Shown here piece by piece: positions 22,191 to 33,597 of a stretch of DNA of 64,000 bases. This stretch comes from Ascoidea asiatica JCM 7603 (lineage: Eukaryota > Fungi > Ascomycota): positions 349,678 through 413,677 of the forward strand of contig BCKQ01000011.1 of assembly GCA_001600695.1 (NCBI GenBank), written 5' to 3'. Each line of letters opens with the position of its first letter. The first letter of the stretch is position 1. The position numbers and the translations under genes were made by a program. A model generated the notes under the pieces. It had not been told where the DNA came from, ran no database searches, and was given only the letters and a program-made list of their open reading frames with translations.

Positions 22191-22877
22191 TTAATTATTA
22201 ATGATTTGAGTTCTAAAAAAATTCATTAACTCTTTTGGATTATTGGAATTGAATATTGAACTTCCTGCAACAATAACATTAGCACCAGCTTTTGCAGCAT
22301 ATGGAATTGTTTCTTTTGATAATCCACCATCAACTTGAATATTAAATTTTGGTAATTTTTTTCTTAAATTTTCAACTTTTGGCATCATATCTTTCATAAA
22401 AGATTGTCCACCAAAACCAGGTTCAACAGTCATAACTAAAATCATATCAAGAAATGGAATTAAATCATTTAAAACTTCAATTGAAGTGTTTGGTTTAATT
22501 GCACAACCAACTTTTAAATTATTTTTTTTAATTAATTCAATTAACTTTATTGGATCTTTTGTTGATTCATAATGAAAAGTAAATTGATCACCACCTGCTT
22601 TTGCAATTTCTTCAACCCATTTCTCAGGTTCAGAAACCATCATATGACAATCAAAAAATTTCTTATTCTCTTTTGTAATTGAATCTATTTCTTTTGGAAT
22701 TGTTTTTCTTAAACATTTAATAATTGGTGGACCTAAAGTAATATTTGGAACAAAATGTCCATCCATAACATCAATATGAAGCCAATCTGCAGAACAATTA
22801 TACATTCTTTCACACTCAGGACCAAGATTTGAAAAATCGCATGATAAAATAGAAGGAGCAATTATTGGCTTACACAT
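22191..22877 (-). CDS. RPE1: Ribulose-5-phosphate 3-epimerase
   Basis: [42 protein letters not shown]. Confidence 0.98.
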   Translation of the reverse strand: MCKPIIAPSILSCDFSNLGPECERMYNCSADWLHIDVMDGHFVPNITLGPPIIKCLRKTIPKEIDSITKENKKFFDCHMMVSEPEKWVEEIAKAGGDQFTFHYESTKDPIKLIELIKKNNLKVGCAIKPNTSIEVLNDLIPFLDMILVMTVEPGFGGQSFMKDMMPKVENLRKKLPKFNIQVDGGLSKETIPYAAKAGANVIVAGSSIFNSNNPKELMNFFRTQIINN

Positions 22878-23044
22878 TTTTATAGATTAAATTAATATTA
22901 TAAAACACAGTTAAATGAAAAGTGAAATAAATTGATTTTTATTCTCAAATTATTTATAATTCATTGATTATTTTCAGTTTCAAATAAATTATTTTAAAGT
23001 TGCAGGGCTTGTTTTTCTTTTAAGACAAAATATTAAAAGCATTT

Positions 23045-23053
23045 GTCACGTGA
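23045..23053. promoter_or_regulatory. Cbf1-type E-box GTCACGTGA upstream of RPE1
   Basis: Exact RTCACGTG match about 170 bp upstream of the ATG. Confidence 0.6.
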
Positions 23054-23440
23054 TAGACTATTTACTATGATGTAATCTTTTCCTATTTAATTCAAATCAA
23101 TTCTAAATATTCAGATGAATTTATTATTTATTGATTTGCATCCATTATATTAAAATTAGTATATTTTTTACAATTTTATTTTATTATTCACCTCATATAT
23201 ATTTAAGGAATGAAAGTGAAAAAAAATAAAGAGAAGAAAAAAAATATGAATTCATACAACTTTTGGAGTTTGAAAAAAATTTTGAAAATAAATGTGAAAA
23301 TGTAAATGATGATGGAAATGAAGTTAAAAACAAAAAGCAAAAATAAGTCAATTTGAAGTTAATTTTATATCATAATAAATGGAGAATTGAAAAGATCGTT
23401 TAAACAAAGTCGTTTTTTTATTAAGAAATTAGACTTTAAA

Positions 23441-24685
23441 TCATGCTGTTGTTTCTAATTCATATCGACAATCTGATCTTTCAACAATTTCATCAGGACA
23501 TACAATTTGCTCATAATCCACACCTGGATTTAAATTATTATTTTCAACACCGAACCAATCAAATCTCCAATCACAAGCATCTTGTAAAACTGTAGGTAAT
23601 AAAGTACATTGAGATTCTTCAGTAACACCACCATATCTAAGACCCCAACCAGTTGAAGAAGCATTCCATTGTGCTTCACAACCTTGGTAATAATAACCAA
23701 CTCCACCACCTGGAACTAAGATATCAAATTTATTTGTACCTTCATCATCACCACCATTTGTAACTTGAACAACCATTTGTTTACCTGCAATTGTTGTATT
23801 AGTAAAAGTTAATAAGAAACATGAACCACATAAATCATCAGAACCTACACCATTAATTTCACCAACTGCAGCATAACCATAAGAAAGATTAGTATGAACT
23901 AACCATGGTTGTTGATCATTACAAACATAAGCATCACCACCTTGACAAGTACTTGTCATAGAGGCATCAACAACAGTTACACCATCTTTTGCACAAGATT
24001 TAACTGGATTGGTTACATTACCACGATTTCTCCATGCACAAGATGGTTTACAACAATCCCAATATCTTGTTGTTCTACCAGTTCCTGTTATTGCATCTTT
24101 TAGTGGAGTGAAAGAGGTTGAAGCTGAAGATGATGAAGAAGATGATGTACTGGAAGAAGAACTAGCAGAAGAGACAGCTGCAACTTCTGCAGTTTCTTCA
24201 TATGAAGAGGAAGAAACAGATGATGAAGATTCTTGGGAAACTATTTTAGTTGAAAGAGTAGCAGCTGAAGAAATTCCATTAGATGAAGAATCTGAAGATT
24301 CAACAGTCAGACTTATTACTGAAGATGCTAAAGATTGACTGTATTCAACAGAACTATATTCTATTGCAGCATCTGAAGAAATTTCAACAGCTAATGAAGT
24401 TTTTGATTCAATTGATTCTACAGTTTCAGATTCCACACTTGCAGCTGAAGTTATTGCAGCTGAAGTTGTTTCTACACTTGCAGCTTCTGCTGTAGATGTA
24501 TCACCTGAAGAAGTTTCTTGACATTGATAATAATAATCGTTCATTGATACACAGGAGTAACCAGATTGACAACAAGTTGAACCAGTCCAATTAACACCAC
24601 CACATTGATAATATAATGCAGCACAATCTTCTGATTTTACAGCTGCTAGACTTAATGCTATAGCTAGTAATACTTTAGACAACAT
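23441..24685 (-). CDS. Secreted endoglucanase: signal peptide + CBM1 + Ser/Thr linker + GH45 domain
   Basis: CBM1 CAALYYQCGGVNWTGSTCCQSGYSCVSMNDYYYQC; GH45 TTRYWDCCKPSCAW and FDILVPGGGVG, with both catalytic Asp present. Confidence 0.95.
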   Translation of the reverse strand: MLSKVLLAIALSLAAVKSEDCAALYYQCGGVNWTGSTCCQSGYSCVSMNDYYYQCQETSSGDTSTAEAASVETTSAAITSAASVESETVESIESKTSLAVEISSDAAIEYSSVEYSQSLASSVISLTVESSDSSSNGISSAATLSTKIVSQESSSSVSSSSYEETAEVAAVSSASSSSSTSSSSSSSASTSFTPLKDAITGTGRTTRYWDCCKPSCAWRNRGNVTNPVKSCAKDGVTVVDASMTSTCQGGDAYVCNDQQPWLVHTNLSYGYAAVGEINGVGSDDLCGSCFLLTFTNTTIAGKQMVVQVTNGGDDEGTNKFDILVPGGGVGYYYQGCEAQWNASSTGWGLRYGGVTEESQCTLLPTVLQDACDWRFDWFGVENNNLNPGVDYEQIVCPDEIVERSDCRYELETTA

Positions 24686-25324
24686 ATTTTTTCTGAACTT
24701 TTTCTGCTTTTTTTGGTTATAATATACAATTATTTATTTCTCAATTATTATCTAGTAAGGCCCCAATAGTTTAAATAAAAAAAAACAGTAATAATAACAA
24801 TCATTTCTATTTTATATGGGACAAAGAACTTTTATATAATCTCAAAACATTGGCTTTGATTAATGAATGAATAAATGAATAAATTATTCAAAGGAAAAAA
24901 ATGAAAGAAAACAAAATTGAATTGTTTTGAAGTGTATTCATTATCAAGTTTAATTTTGCCCAGTTTCAATATTGTTATTGTTAAAACTGTTTCGATGACA
25001 ATAAAAGAGTAGATCATTCTCTTTTTAAACAAAAACTTTTATTCAAACTTTATTATAGAAAATCAATCTTTCTCTCAGACTTATTTTTCACAAACACATG
25101 CACTCTTCTTATTTAAATAAATAAGCCTTTAAAAATTCAAGAGAAACATTTCTAATTGGAAAAATTTGTCCTCAAATGAAGTGAATAATTACCAACGTCA
25201 ACAAAATATTTTCTAATATCAATACCATTTTAAATATCAATACTAATAAATAATATCGATTTCCATAACCAATACGAATAGTTAACTTAACGTTCTTTGC
25301 AATTCAATCCGCGACAAATATTGA

Positions 25325-26138
25325 CTCCAGTTTTGTGGTTTTTCTTGTAAAATAGTTGACACCACTTTTATGGCTCTCTTTGCTTAAAGCAGACTGAGAC
25401 CGATAACATGGAACTCTTTATTTTAGGTCCGAGTCCAAACACCCGGGTCTCCTCCCTTTCAGTTCCTAATTATTTTATCTGCATACTTTCCAAATCTTTT
25501 TCGGACTTTCTTATCAAGCTTTTAAACATCTTTTTTGCAAAATTCTTTCGTTTTATTCTCTTTATTTCAACTAATAAATTTGACATTTAAGTACTAAAAA
25601 TAATACTTGGAGACTAAATTCAATGGTATTTACAAATTAGTTTGAAGAATTATTTCAGATGACATTGAATCTCAAATAATATCTTTGAGGAGCTATTAAA
25701 ATAGATATTATATAAACTGGGGAACTGAAAATAATTATTCAGTAAATGGTGAAATTATTATTTGAAATTCCAATTGAAGAATTTTTTTCATTCTCTTTTT
25801 ATATATTTAAATGAATTTCTTATATTATCCCTTGACACATTTCTTGAAATTCGTTTAATTTTAACAATTTCACTTTACTTTACCATAGTTTTAAAAGTAT
25901 TTGCACCCACATCATTGAAACTAAAAATGAAGTCAATTTACGTTAATAAAATAAAATACCTCTCGTTAGGAATCCTATTATCTAAATCACTATAATTGCA
26001 TACTTCTTTAATTCCAATTTTTTTTAAAAAATAGTCTTTTTACTACATTCAACAAAGAAAAAATTGCTGGATAATTCTATTCAACCCCGGCCAATAAGAC
26101 TGCATACTCCAACCGTAACATTTATCACCACACCCCAA
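25325..26138. promoter_or_regulatory. Carbon-source-type motifs in the GH45/ADH divergent promoter
   Basis: Mig1/CreA-like CTCCAG 25325, AT-flanked CTGGGG 25717, CCCCGG 26085; Adr1-like TTGGAGA 25607, CTCCAA 26107, CCCCAA 26133; CCAAT 26091. Confidence 0.45.
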
Positions 26139-26628
26139 AGATCTATTCAAGCCTGTTCATAAGGCTCAAAATCATCTTTTTTGCTCTAAGAAGTTCCATA
26201 TCTTCCTATTTACAATTAAAATCACTTTGTTTGCAAGACACCCCCAAAGAAATCTTTTCAATTCACTTTTATTTGCTTGTTTACTTAGTCAATTTTATAC
26301 TGCTTTGTTACCTAATTACTTACATTACTTACTTGTTTATTGCTGGTAAAAATGATTTTGATAGTAAACTTTATTATAAAGCAATTCAAATTAAATTTTT
26401 TTGCACTATTTCACCATTTTCAAAATCTCAAATATAAAAAGGAATGATTTCTTCTATAAATTTCAAATATCAATTATACTTTTTCTTTTTATATTTATAT
26501 ATACTATAACAATTTCAAATATAATAAAATATAATAGAAATATTCTCAATTTCTAATTTTCAATTTTTAATATTAAATTACTTTTACTTTTCTAAATTAC
26601 TTTCATAAATAACTTTACAAATACAATA

Positions 26629-27696
26629 ATGGTTGAATATAAAGAAGATTTTAAAATTCCAAAAACTCAAAAAGCTATAGTCTTTGAAAAAAATGGTGGT
26701 AAATTAGAATATAAAAAAATTCCAGTTCCAGAACCAAAACCAACTGAAATTTTAATTCATGTTTTATATTCTGGTATTTGTCATACTGATTTACATGCTT
26801 GGAAAGGTGATTGGCCTTTAGATACAAAATTACCTTTGGTTGGTGGTCATGAAGGTGCAGGAATTGTTGTAAAATTAGGTGCTGAAGTTAAAAATTTTAA
26901 AATTGGTGATTATGCTGGTATTAAATGGCTTAATGGTTCTTGTATGTCTTGTGAATATTGTGAAAAAGGTTTTGAACCAAATTGTTTAAAAGCTGATTTA
27001 TCTGGTTATACTCATGATGGTTCATTTCAAGAATATGCAACTGCAGATGCTGTTCAAGCTGCAATGATTCCACAAGGTACCGATTTAGCTGAAATGGCTC
27101 CAATTTTATGTGCTGGTGTTACTGTTTATAAAGCAATTAAATCCGCTGAAATTAAAGCCGGTGATTGGTTATGTATTTCAGGTTGTGGTGGTGGTTTAGG
27201 AACTTTAGCTATTCAATATGCTAAAGCTATGGGTTACAGAGTTATTGGTATTGATGGTGGTGAAAAAAAAGAAGCTCTTTGTAAAAAATTAGGTGCTGAA
27301 GAATTTATTGATTTTACTAAAGTTAAAGATATTAATTCAAAAATTATTGAAGTTACTGATGGTGGTCCACATGCTGTTATTAACGTTTCAGTTTCTCAAG
27401 CTGCAATTAAATCTTCTGTCGAATATGTTAGACCTTGTGGTACTGTAGTTTTAGTTGGTTTACCAGCTGGTGCTGTTTGTACTTCAGAAGTTTTCTCACA
27501 AGTTGTTAAATCTGTTAAAATTGTTGGTTCATATGTTGGTAATAGAGCTGATACAAGAGAAGCTATTGATTTCTTTGTTAGAGGTCTTGTAAGATCTCCA
27601 ATTCAAATCATTGGTTTATCTGAATTACCAAGAGTTTATGAAGAAATGGAAAGTGGAAAAATCATTGGTCGTTATGTTGCAGATACTTCAAAATAA
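26629..27696 (+). CDS. ADH: Zn-dependent alcohol dehydrogenase (Adh1/Adh2 class, no mitochondrial presequence)
   Basis: [22 protein letters not shown], structural Cys cluster CMSCEYC...C, and [13 protein letters not shown]. Confidence 0.97.
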   Translation: MVEYKEDFKIPKTQKAIVFEKNGGKLEYKKIPVPEPKPTEILIHVLYSGICHTDLHAWKGDWPLDTKLPLVGGHEGAGIVVKLGAEVKNFKIGDYAGIKWLNGSCMSCEYCEKGFEPNCLKADLSGYTHDGSFQEYATADAVQAAMIPQGTDLAEMAPILCAGVTVYKAIKSAEIKAGDWLCISGCGGGLGTLAIQYAKAMGYRVIGIDGGEKKEALCKKLGAEEFIDFTKVKDINSKIIEVTDGGPHAVINVSVSQAAIKSSVEYVRPCGTVVLVGLPAGAVCTSEVFSQVVKSVKIVGSYVGNRADTREAIDFFVRGLVRSPIQIIGLSELPRVYEEMESGKIIGRYVADTSK

Positions 27697-28552
27697 TTTA
27701 ACTAATCTTTTGTCAACTCAAATCATGCTACGATCTTAATGAAATTAATGTACTTCATTTCTCAATTTTTTAGTTTTAGTTTTTTTTTTACATCTTACTT
27801 TTTAACTTTTATTTTAACCAAAAAGAAAGGGAATATAATATACAGAATATTTTCTTATAACAATACTAGTAGTAATTGAAATGTAATAGTAAGAAAATGA
27901 ATTTCTTTGGGAGAAAAATGAATTTGCTTCTCCTTGTTTATTTTATTATCCTTCTAAAGAGAGAAACCATTTCATATCATCAATTATTTAAATGCTTCTA
28001 AATCATTAAACTTATGTAGGCCCTCGAGTTTTTTTTGAGTAAAGTGTAAAAAAGCAAAGAGGTTTTTGCAAATAGCTGATTATTCAAATAAACTACAAAA
28101 TCTTTGAAATTTCTCAAAAGCGGAACAAAATTAGTGGGATTTATGGTGGGGTTCATTCACCCCCTGAATTCTTGAGATGATCACACTTTTGAGGTTTTCG
28201 TTCGGTGATTGAGGGTTTTTTAGATTTGTGGCTGGGAAAATAGAATATGCATGTAACGGTACTGTCAAACGGAGGTGTCCCGAGATGCGTATTCTAGGAT
28301 CGGGTTAATATCAAAAATAGAGTTTGGAGTTTTGGATGATTTCAATGCTTTTAAGATGATGATTATATGGATATTTATTATTATAGTTATGACTGTAGAA
28401 AAAAAAAATGATTGTAGATATAAATATGTTAGACGAAAGTGATATATAGGATACAAAATGCAAAAAAAATCATGATTAGTTGATAAGAATTATTAAAAAA
28501 AAGAATATGTTTCAAAGGTGCAAGTAAAAAAAGGAGTGAAAATACAATTTAG

Positions 28553-30427
28553 CTAATTGAAATCAATAAGTGTAGTGACTGAAGTAGAAAGATTTGTTTT
28601 TGAAACCTTTAATGGAATATTTCCAACAATTAAAGTATTTAATTTATTCAATCCTTTAATGGATATAATTTCATCGATTAGTTTTTTATAAAAATGCATT
28701 GAGACTATTTGAAAATCATTCAAATCTGAGAATATATCTAAGTTATTAACTTTATAAATATTATTTGCTTCATCAAGATTAATTAAAGGAAATGAATAAA
28801 TTTCATTATAAAAAGTATTTGAATCTAAAGATTTTGAGATTAAATTATTTGGAAGTAATTTGTTTATAAATTTATTTTGATAAAAATCATTTAATTGATT
28901 TAAAACTTTTAAATTTTTTATAACATTTTCAAATTTTGTTAATAATTCAACTTTTCCTGTATAATTTTCATTTTCATTAATATCTAAATGAGAACTATGA
29001 ATTGGAAATAATTTCTTTTCAATATTATTTAAAAATTTTGAACATGTTAAACATTGACAAGTATTTATATCTTTTGAATTTAAAAATTGCTTTTTATCTA
29101 TATTTAAATTTTCAAATTTTGTTGTAATATAATCAATAAATAAATAATAAAAAAGATTTGGTCTTGTATTATCAAACATAATATTAATATAATTTAAATT
29201 TGAATTAAAGTTATTTAAATTGATATATTTGAAAGAATTTAAAATTTCTCCATAAAATGAATTTGAATAAGTTAAATCGTTTAAAAATAATTTTGTATCT
29301 TCAATTGAATTGAAATAATAAAAAGGTGATAAACCATTGAATTTTAAAGATAAATTTGTTAAATTTGGTAAAAAATTTTGATTGAAGATAAATTTAAAGA
29401 AGTTATTTGAAACCTTTAAATCAATTGATGATAGATTATTTATTTTGATTTCTTTCAAGTTTTGATAAATATTATTATTATTATTAGTAGTATTATTATT
29501 ATTATTGGTAGTATTAGTATTGAAATTGAAATTATTATTTATTATATTATTTGAATTTAAATTAATTATCAATTTTTTGATATAAATTGAACCAATTAAC
29601 TTCTTTAATGAAATATTGTTATTTGAATAAATATCTAATTGATCATTATCAAAATTATTGAGATTATTAGAATTTTCAATATCATTATTTAAAATTAAGG
29701 TTAGATTTTTCTTTTTTGGATTAAATTTTAATAAATGATTTATAATTTTATTGATTTGAATATTAAATGAATCATTTGAAGAAGTTTTCAAGAAAATCAG
29801 ATGAATATTAATATATTTGAATTTAAAATTATTGATTGAATCTAATTGAGGTAAAAATAAATTTGAGTTTTGAATAAGATTTTTAGTTGAAATATTATTT
29901 AAATTACTAGTAGAATTATTATTATATTTTAAAAAATCATTTAAAAATGGAATATTATTAAAATCTATATTGAAATCAAGATTTCTCTCTTCAATTAAAG
30001 GTAAAATTTTATTAAATAATAGATTCAAGGAATTGAAATATAAATTAATTTGATTAATATTTAAATTTTTGTCAAAGATTATATCTATAAAGATATTTTC
30101 AATAAAAGTTATATAAATTGAATTATTCATTAGATTATTATATAAATTATTTAAATTTTCATAGAAGTTTAATAAATTAGAACTATTATTTTTGAGAAAA
30201 GTCCAAAATTTATCAAAATGAGAATCTTGTTCATTTTTATATAATAAATTTAAATTATAATTTTGAATGAATAAATTTTTATAAATTTTTCTCATTGATA
30301 AGAAATTTAAATATTTATTTGATAGAGATAAGTTTAATACATCATTTTGATTTAAAATTTTTGAATTTAAAATAATAAAAATTATATTTGAAGGTAAAAT
30401 TTTTGTTAAACATTTATTATTTTTCAT
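28553..30427 (-). CDS. Asn-rich F-box-like protein
   Basis: N-terminal LPSNIIFIILNSKILNQNDVLNLSLSNKYLNFL..RKIYKNL has the F-box pattern; LRR-like segments; CQCLTC motif. Confidence 0.6.
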   Translation of the reverse strand: MKNNKCLTKILPSNIIFIILNSKILNQNDVLNLSLSNKYLNFLSMRKIYKNLFIQNYNLNLLYKNEQDSHFDKFWTFLKNNSSNLLNFYENLNNLYNNLMNNSIYITFIENIFIDIIFDKNLNINQINLYFNSLNLLFNKILPLIEERNLDFNIDFNNIPFLNDFLKYNNNSTSNLNNISTKNLIQNSNLFLPQLDSINNFKFKYINIHLIFLKTSSNDSFNIQINKIINHLLKFNPKKKNLTLILNNDIENSNNLNNFDNDQLDIYSNNNISLKKLIGSIYIKKLIINLNSNNIINNNFNFNTNTTNNNNNTTNNNNNIYQNLKEIKINNLSSIDLKVSNNFFKFIFNQNFLPNLTNLSLKFNGLSPFYYFNSIEDTKLFLNDLTYSNSFYGEILNSFKYINLNNFNSNLNYINIMFDNTRPNLFYYLFIDYITTKFENLNIDKKQFLNSKDINTCQCLTCSKFLNNIEKKLFPIHSSHLDINENENYTGKVELLTKFENVIKNLKVLNQLNDFYQNKFINKLLPNNLISKSLDSNTFYNEIYSFPLINLDEANNIYKVNNLDIFSDLNDFQIVSMHFYKKLIDEIISIKGLNKLNTLIVGNIPLKVSKTNLSTSVTTLIDFN

Positions 30428-31537
30428 TTTGATTAGTGTGATAAGTGATAAGTGATAAGTGATTAGATTATATTAGATTAGATTAGATTAGATTAGATAG
30501 GAGCTGGGAAATAAGAAATGATAGTTAAGAAATAAGAAATAAAAGGTTGAAAGGAAATTATAAATTCACAGGAAAAGAAGTATTTATATTGAAATTTATT
30601 TGGTGAGAAATGATCAAATGATTGAATCATTTGATAAAAGACTAAAAAATAAAGAATCAAAAGATAATTGAATAAAATATTTTATAAAATATGTGTTATA
30701 ATATTTGAATATGAAAAAAAAGGTAAAGAAACTGCATTTTTAGAGGGAAAATTACCTTATCTAACTTTGTTATTAGTGTTTGTTTGTATTTGTTTTGGAG
30801 TAAAAGAGGATAAATTTCAATAACAAAGAAATAATGAAAGAAGTAATGAAAGTAAATAAATGTAAATAACAAATTGACAGGATTTAAAAGAATATTATTT
30901 AAGTAATCAAATAAGGTATAAAGATATGATTATTTAAATAGATAAAATGGGTAAATGAATCAGGTTTAAACAAATTTGAATAACATATGAATATATTTGA
31001 GTCAAATTTGAATAAAATATTATTTAAATTCGTAATTAATTAGTTATTTTTAATTTTTTATTATTATTTTACTATTATTTTACTATTCTTTTAGATATAT
31101 TAAAGTGGGATTAAAATCTTGACTTCTTTAATGTCAGTTTAATAGTTGATATCAACTGATGGTAAATATTGTATGGATAATAAATATTATATTTATTTTA
31201 TATAATCACACAATTACAGATATAATTACAAATATAATCATTAAAATGTCTATTACTACAAAAAGCTTTTCTTTTTTTTTTTAAATTATAAATATCTAAT
31301 ATACATTATAATAAACAAAAACATACAAAATATCTTATAAAGATAAGAGAAATAAGGGAAAAAAATAGAGAAAATTATATATGTAAAAAAAAATAGGAGA
31401 ATAAGGGAAAGAATATTATAAAATAGTAAAAAGTAGTTAAGATTAACATAAAATCAATAAAAGAAAAGAATAAAAGAATAAAACCAAAATATAATTTTAA
31501 ATTCTAATAGTAATAAGTTTATAGATTAAACAATTGA

Positions 31538-31936
31538 TTAAGAGGAAGAAGAATATTTAGTAACAGCTCTTGTACCTTCAGATACAGCATGTTTTGCTAA
31601 TTCACCAGGTAAAATTAATCTAACAGCAGTTTGAATTTCTCTTGCACTTATAGTTGATTTTTTATTATAAACAGCTAATTTTGAAGCTTCTCCTGCAATT
31701 CTTTCAAATATATCATTAACAAATGAATTCATAATTGACATTGCTTTTTTAGACATTCCAGTATCAGGATGAGTTTGTTTTAAAACTTTATAGATATATG
31801 AAGAATATGTTTCTTTTCTTGTTTTTGATCTTTTTTTCATTGGTTCACCAGTTGAAGATGGTGCAGTTTTTTTAGCAGCAGTTTTTGCTGGAGCTTTTGA
31901 AGCTGGTTTTTTTTCAGATGCAACTTTTGGAGCCAT
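31538..31936 (-). CDS. HTB: Histone H2B
   Basis: [21 protein letters not shown]...[30 protein letters not shown]. Confidence 0.99.
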   Translation of the reverse strand: MAPKVASEKKPASKAPAKTAAKKTAPSSTGEPMKKRSKTRKETYSSYIYKVLKQTHPDTGMSKKAMSIMNSFVNDIFERIAGEASKLAVYNKKSTISAREIQTAVRLILPGELAKHAVSEGTRAVTKYSSSS

Positions 31937-32162
31937 TTTAAAGATAATGAATATGAATTTGAATGATGATTGTTATAATAATAATAATAATAATAATAGT
32001 AATCTAAGGATTATATTGATAATATGAACTCAAGAATAAGAGAATAAATAATTAATAAATAATTGATAAATAAAAATCAAAAAGCATTTTCAAAAACAAT
32101 CTCAGATCTCAAATGACGAGTGATTTCGCTGTTTTTATACGGCAGCGACGGGCTGGCGCAAA

Positions 32163-32413
32163 ACGCGTCGCAGCACACGAAAACAGCAGAAAAACACCAA
32201 AAAACACCAAAACAAAAACAGTGCAAAACAACAACAAACAAAACTAAAACAAAAACGCGCGGCCTGATAATTACAACAGCTGCGGAATATCTCAGCACGG
32301 CTATTTTTTGTCAAAATCCGCAATCCTGGCACTTTTCTGCCCGGATCCGGTGCTGATCCGCTATCAGTCTGCGTAGTTTTCAGAATGCCTGGAATATCGT
32401 AGCACCGACGCGT
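32163..32413. promoter_or_regulatory. MCB boxes in the divergent histone promoter
   Basis: ACGCGT at 32163 and 32408, plus further CGCG cores, inside a GC-rich island between H2B and H2A. Confidence 0.6.
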
Positions 32414-32655
32414 AACTGGAAAAAGCTTTTGCGCGTGGAGATTGTATGAAAAGACTTGAAAACTCGTAGATGTGGAAAATGATCGAAAATAAATATAAAT
32501 ATTGATGAAGAGAACCTTTTTTGGATTTATTTATTTTATTTTAGATTTCCATAATCATTTATTTGAAAATATCTTTTAAAACTGAAATATATTCTTATAA
32601 TATTCTAATAGAATCTAATATAATCTAATATTTATACAATTATCAATCAATAATA

Positions 32656-33057
32656 ATGTCTGGAGGTAAAGGTAAAGCTGGTGGTAAAGCAGGTTCTGAA
32701 AAGACTTCAACTACAAGATCTGCAAAAGCAGGTTTAACATTCCCAGTTGGTAGAATTCATAGATTATTAAAAAAAGGTAATTATGCTCAAAGAGTTGGTT
32801 CTGGTGCACCAGTTTATTTAACTGCTGTATTAGAATATTTAGCTGCAGAAATTTTAGAATTAGCTGGTAATGCTGCTAGAGATAATAAAAAAACAAGAAT
32901 TATTCCAAGACATTTACAATTAGCAATTAGAAATGATGAAGAATTAAATAAATTATTAGGTAATGTTACAATTGCTGAAGGTGGTGTATTACCAAATATT
33001 CATCATACTTTATTACCAAAAAAGACTGCAAAACCAAAAGCTTCTCAAGAATTATAA
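32656..33057 (+). CDS. HTA: Histone H2A with C-terminal SQEL
   Basis: [16 protein letters not shown]...[23 protein letters not shown]...SQEL; divergent from H2B. Confidence 0.99.
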   Translation: MSGGKGKAGGKAGSEKTSTTRSAKAGLTFPVGRIHRLLKKGNYAQRVGSGAPVYLTAVLEYLAAEILELAGNAARDNKKTRIIPRHLQLAIRNDEELNKLLGNVTIAEGGVLPNIHHTLLPKKTAKPKASQEL

Positions 33058-33597
33058 TCAATTTAATTAATTAATTAATTATATATTTATTTATTTATTT
33101 CATTTGTATACTATTTATTCTATTTTCTTTTCTTCTTAACTCTCTTACTTTATATGTCTTTTAACCAATTTTCCCCCTATCTTATCCTATTTTATAATCT
33201 CTTTATATTCTTTTAATGTTATTTTAAATTGATTAATAAATCTACATAAATATTTAACAACTTATTGATTGATTGATTGGTATTATTTATTAAATGAAAA
33301 AATAAAAAAAAAAAAAGTAAAATATGCAAATTAATGATTAAATTATTAAGAAAAACTTATAAAATAATAAAAAAAAAAAAATAAAAAATATAAGAAAATT
33401 AGCAAGCGGAGAATTAACAAATAAATAAAAACATGAAAGGCCAAGGAAATACAAAATACAAAATGAAATTGAAATTGAAATTGAAGATTTTGAGAATGAA
33501 TGATTATGAATTAAATCATTGATTGAATAATAGCAAAAAGTTTGAGATTAAGATTGGAATAATATAATATAATATGATATAATGAAGATATAAAATA

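Noticed and set aside
23045-23250. CDEI-like GTCACGTG followed by AT-rich DNA (point centromere)
   Set aside because: No CDEIII CCG element at the expected distance; E-boxes are common in promoters here.
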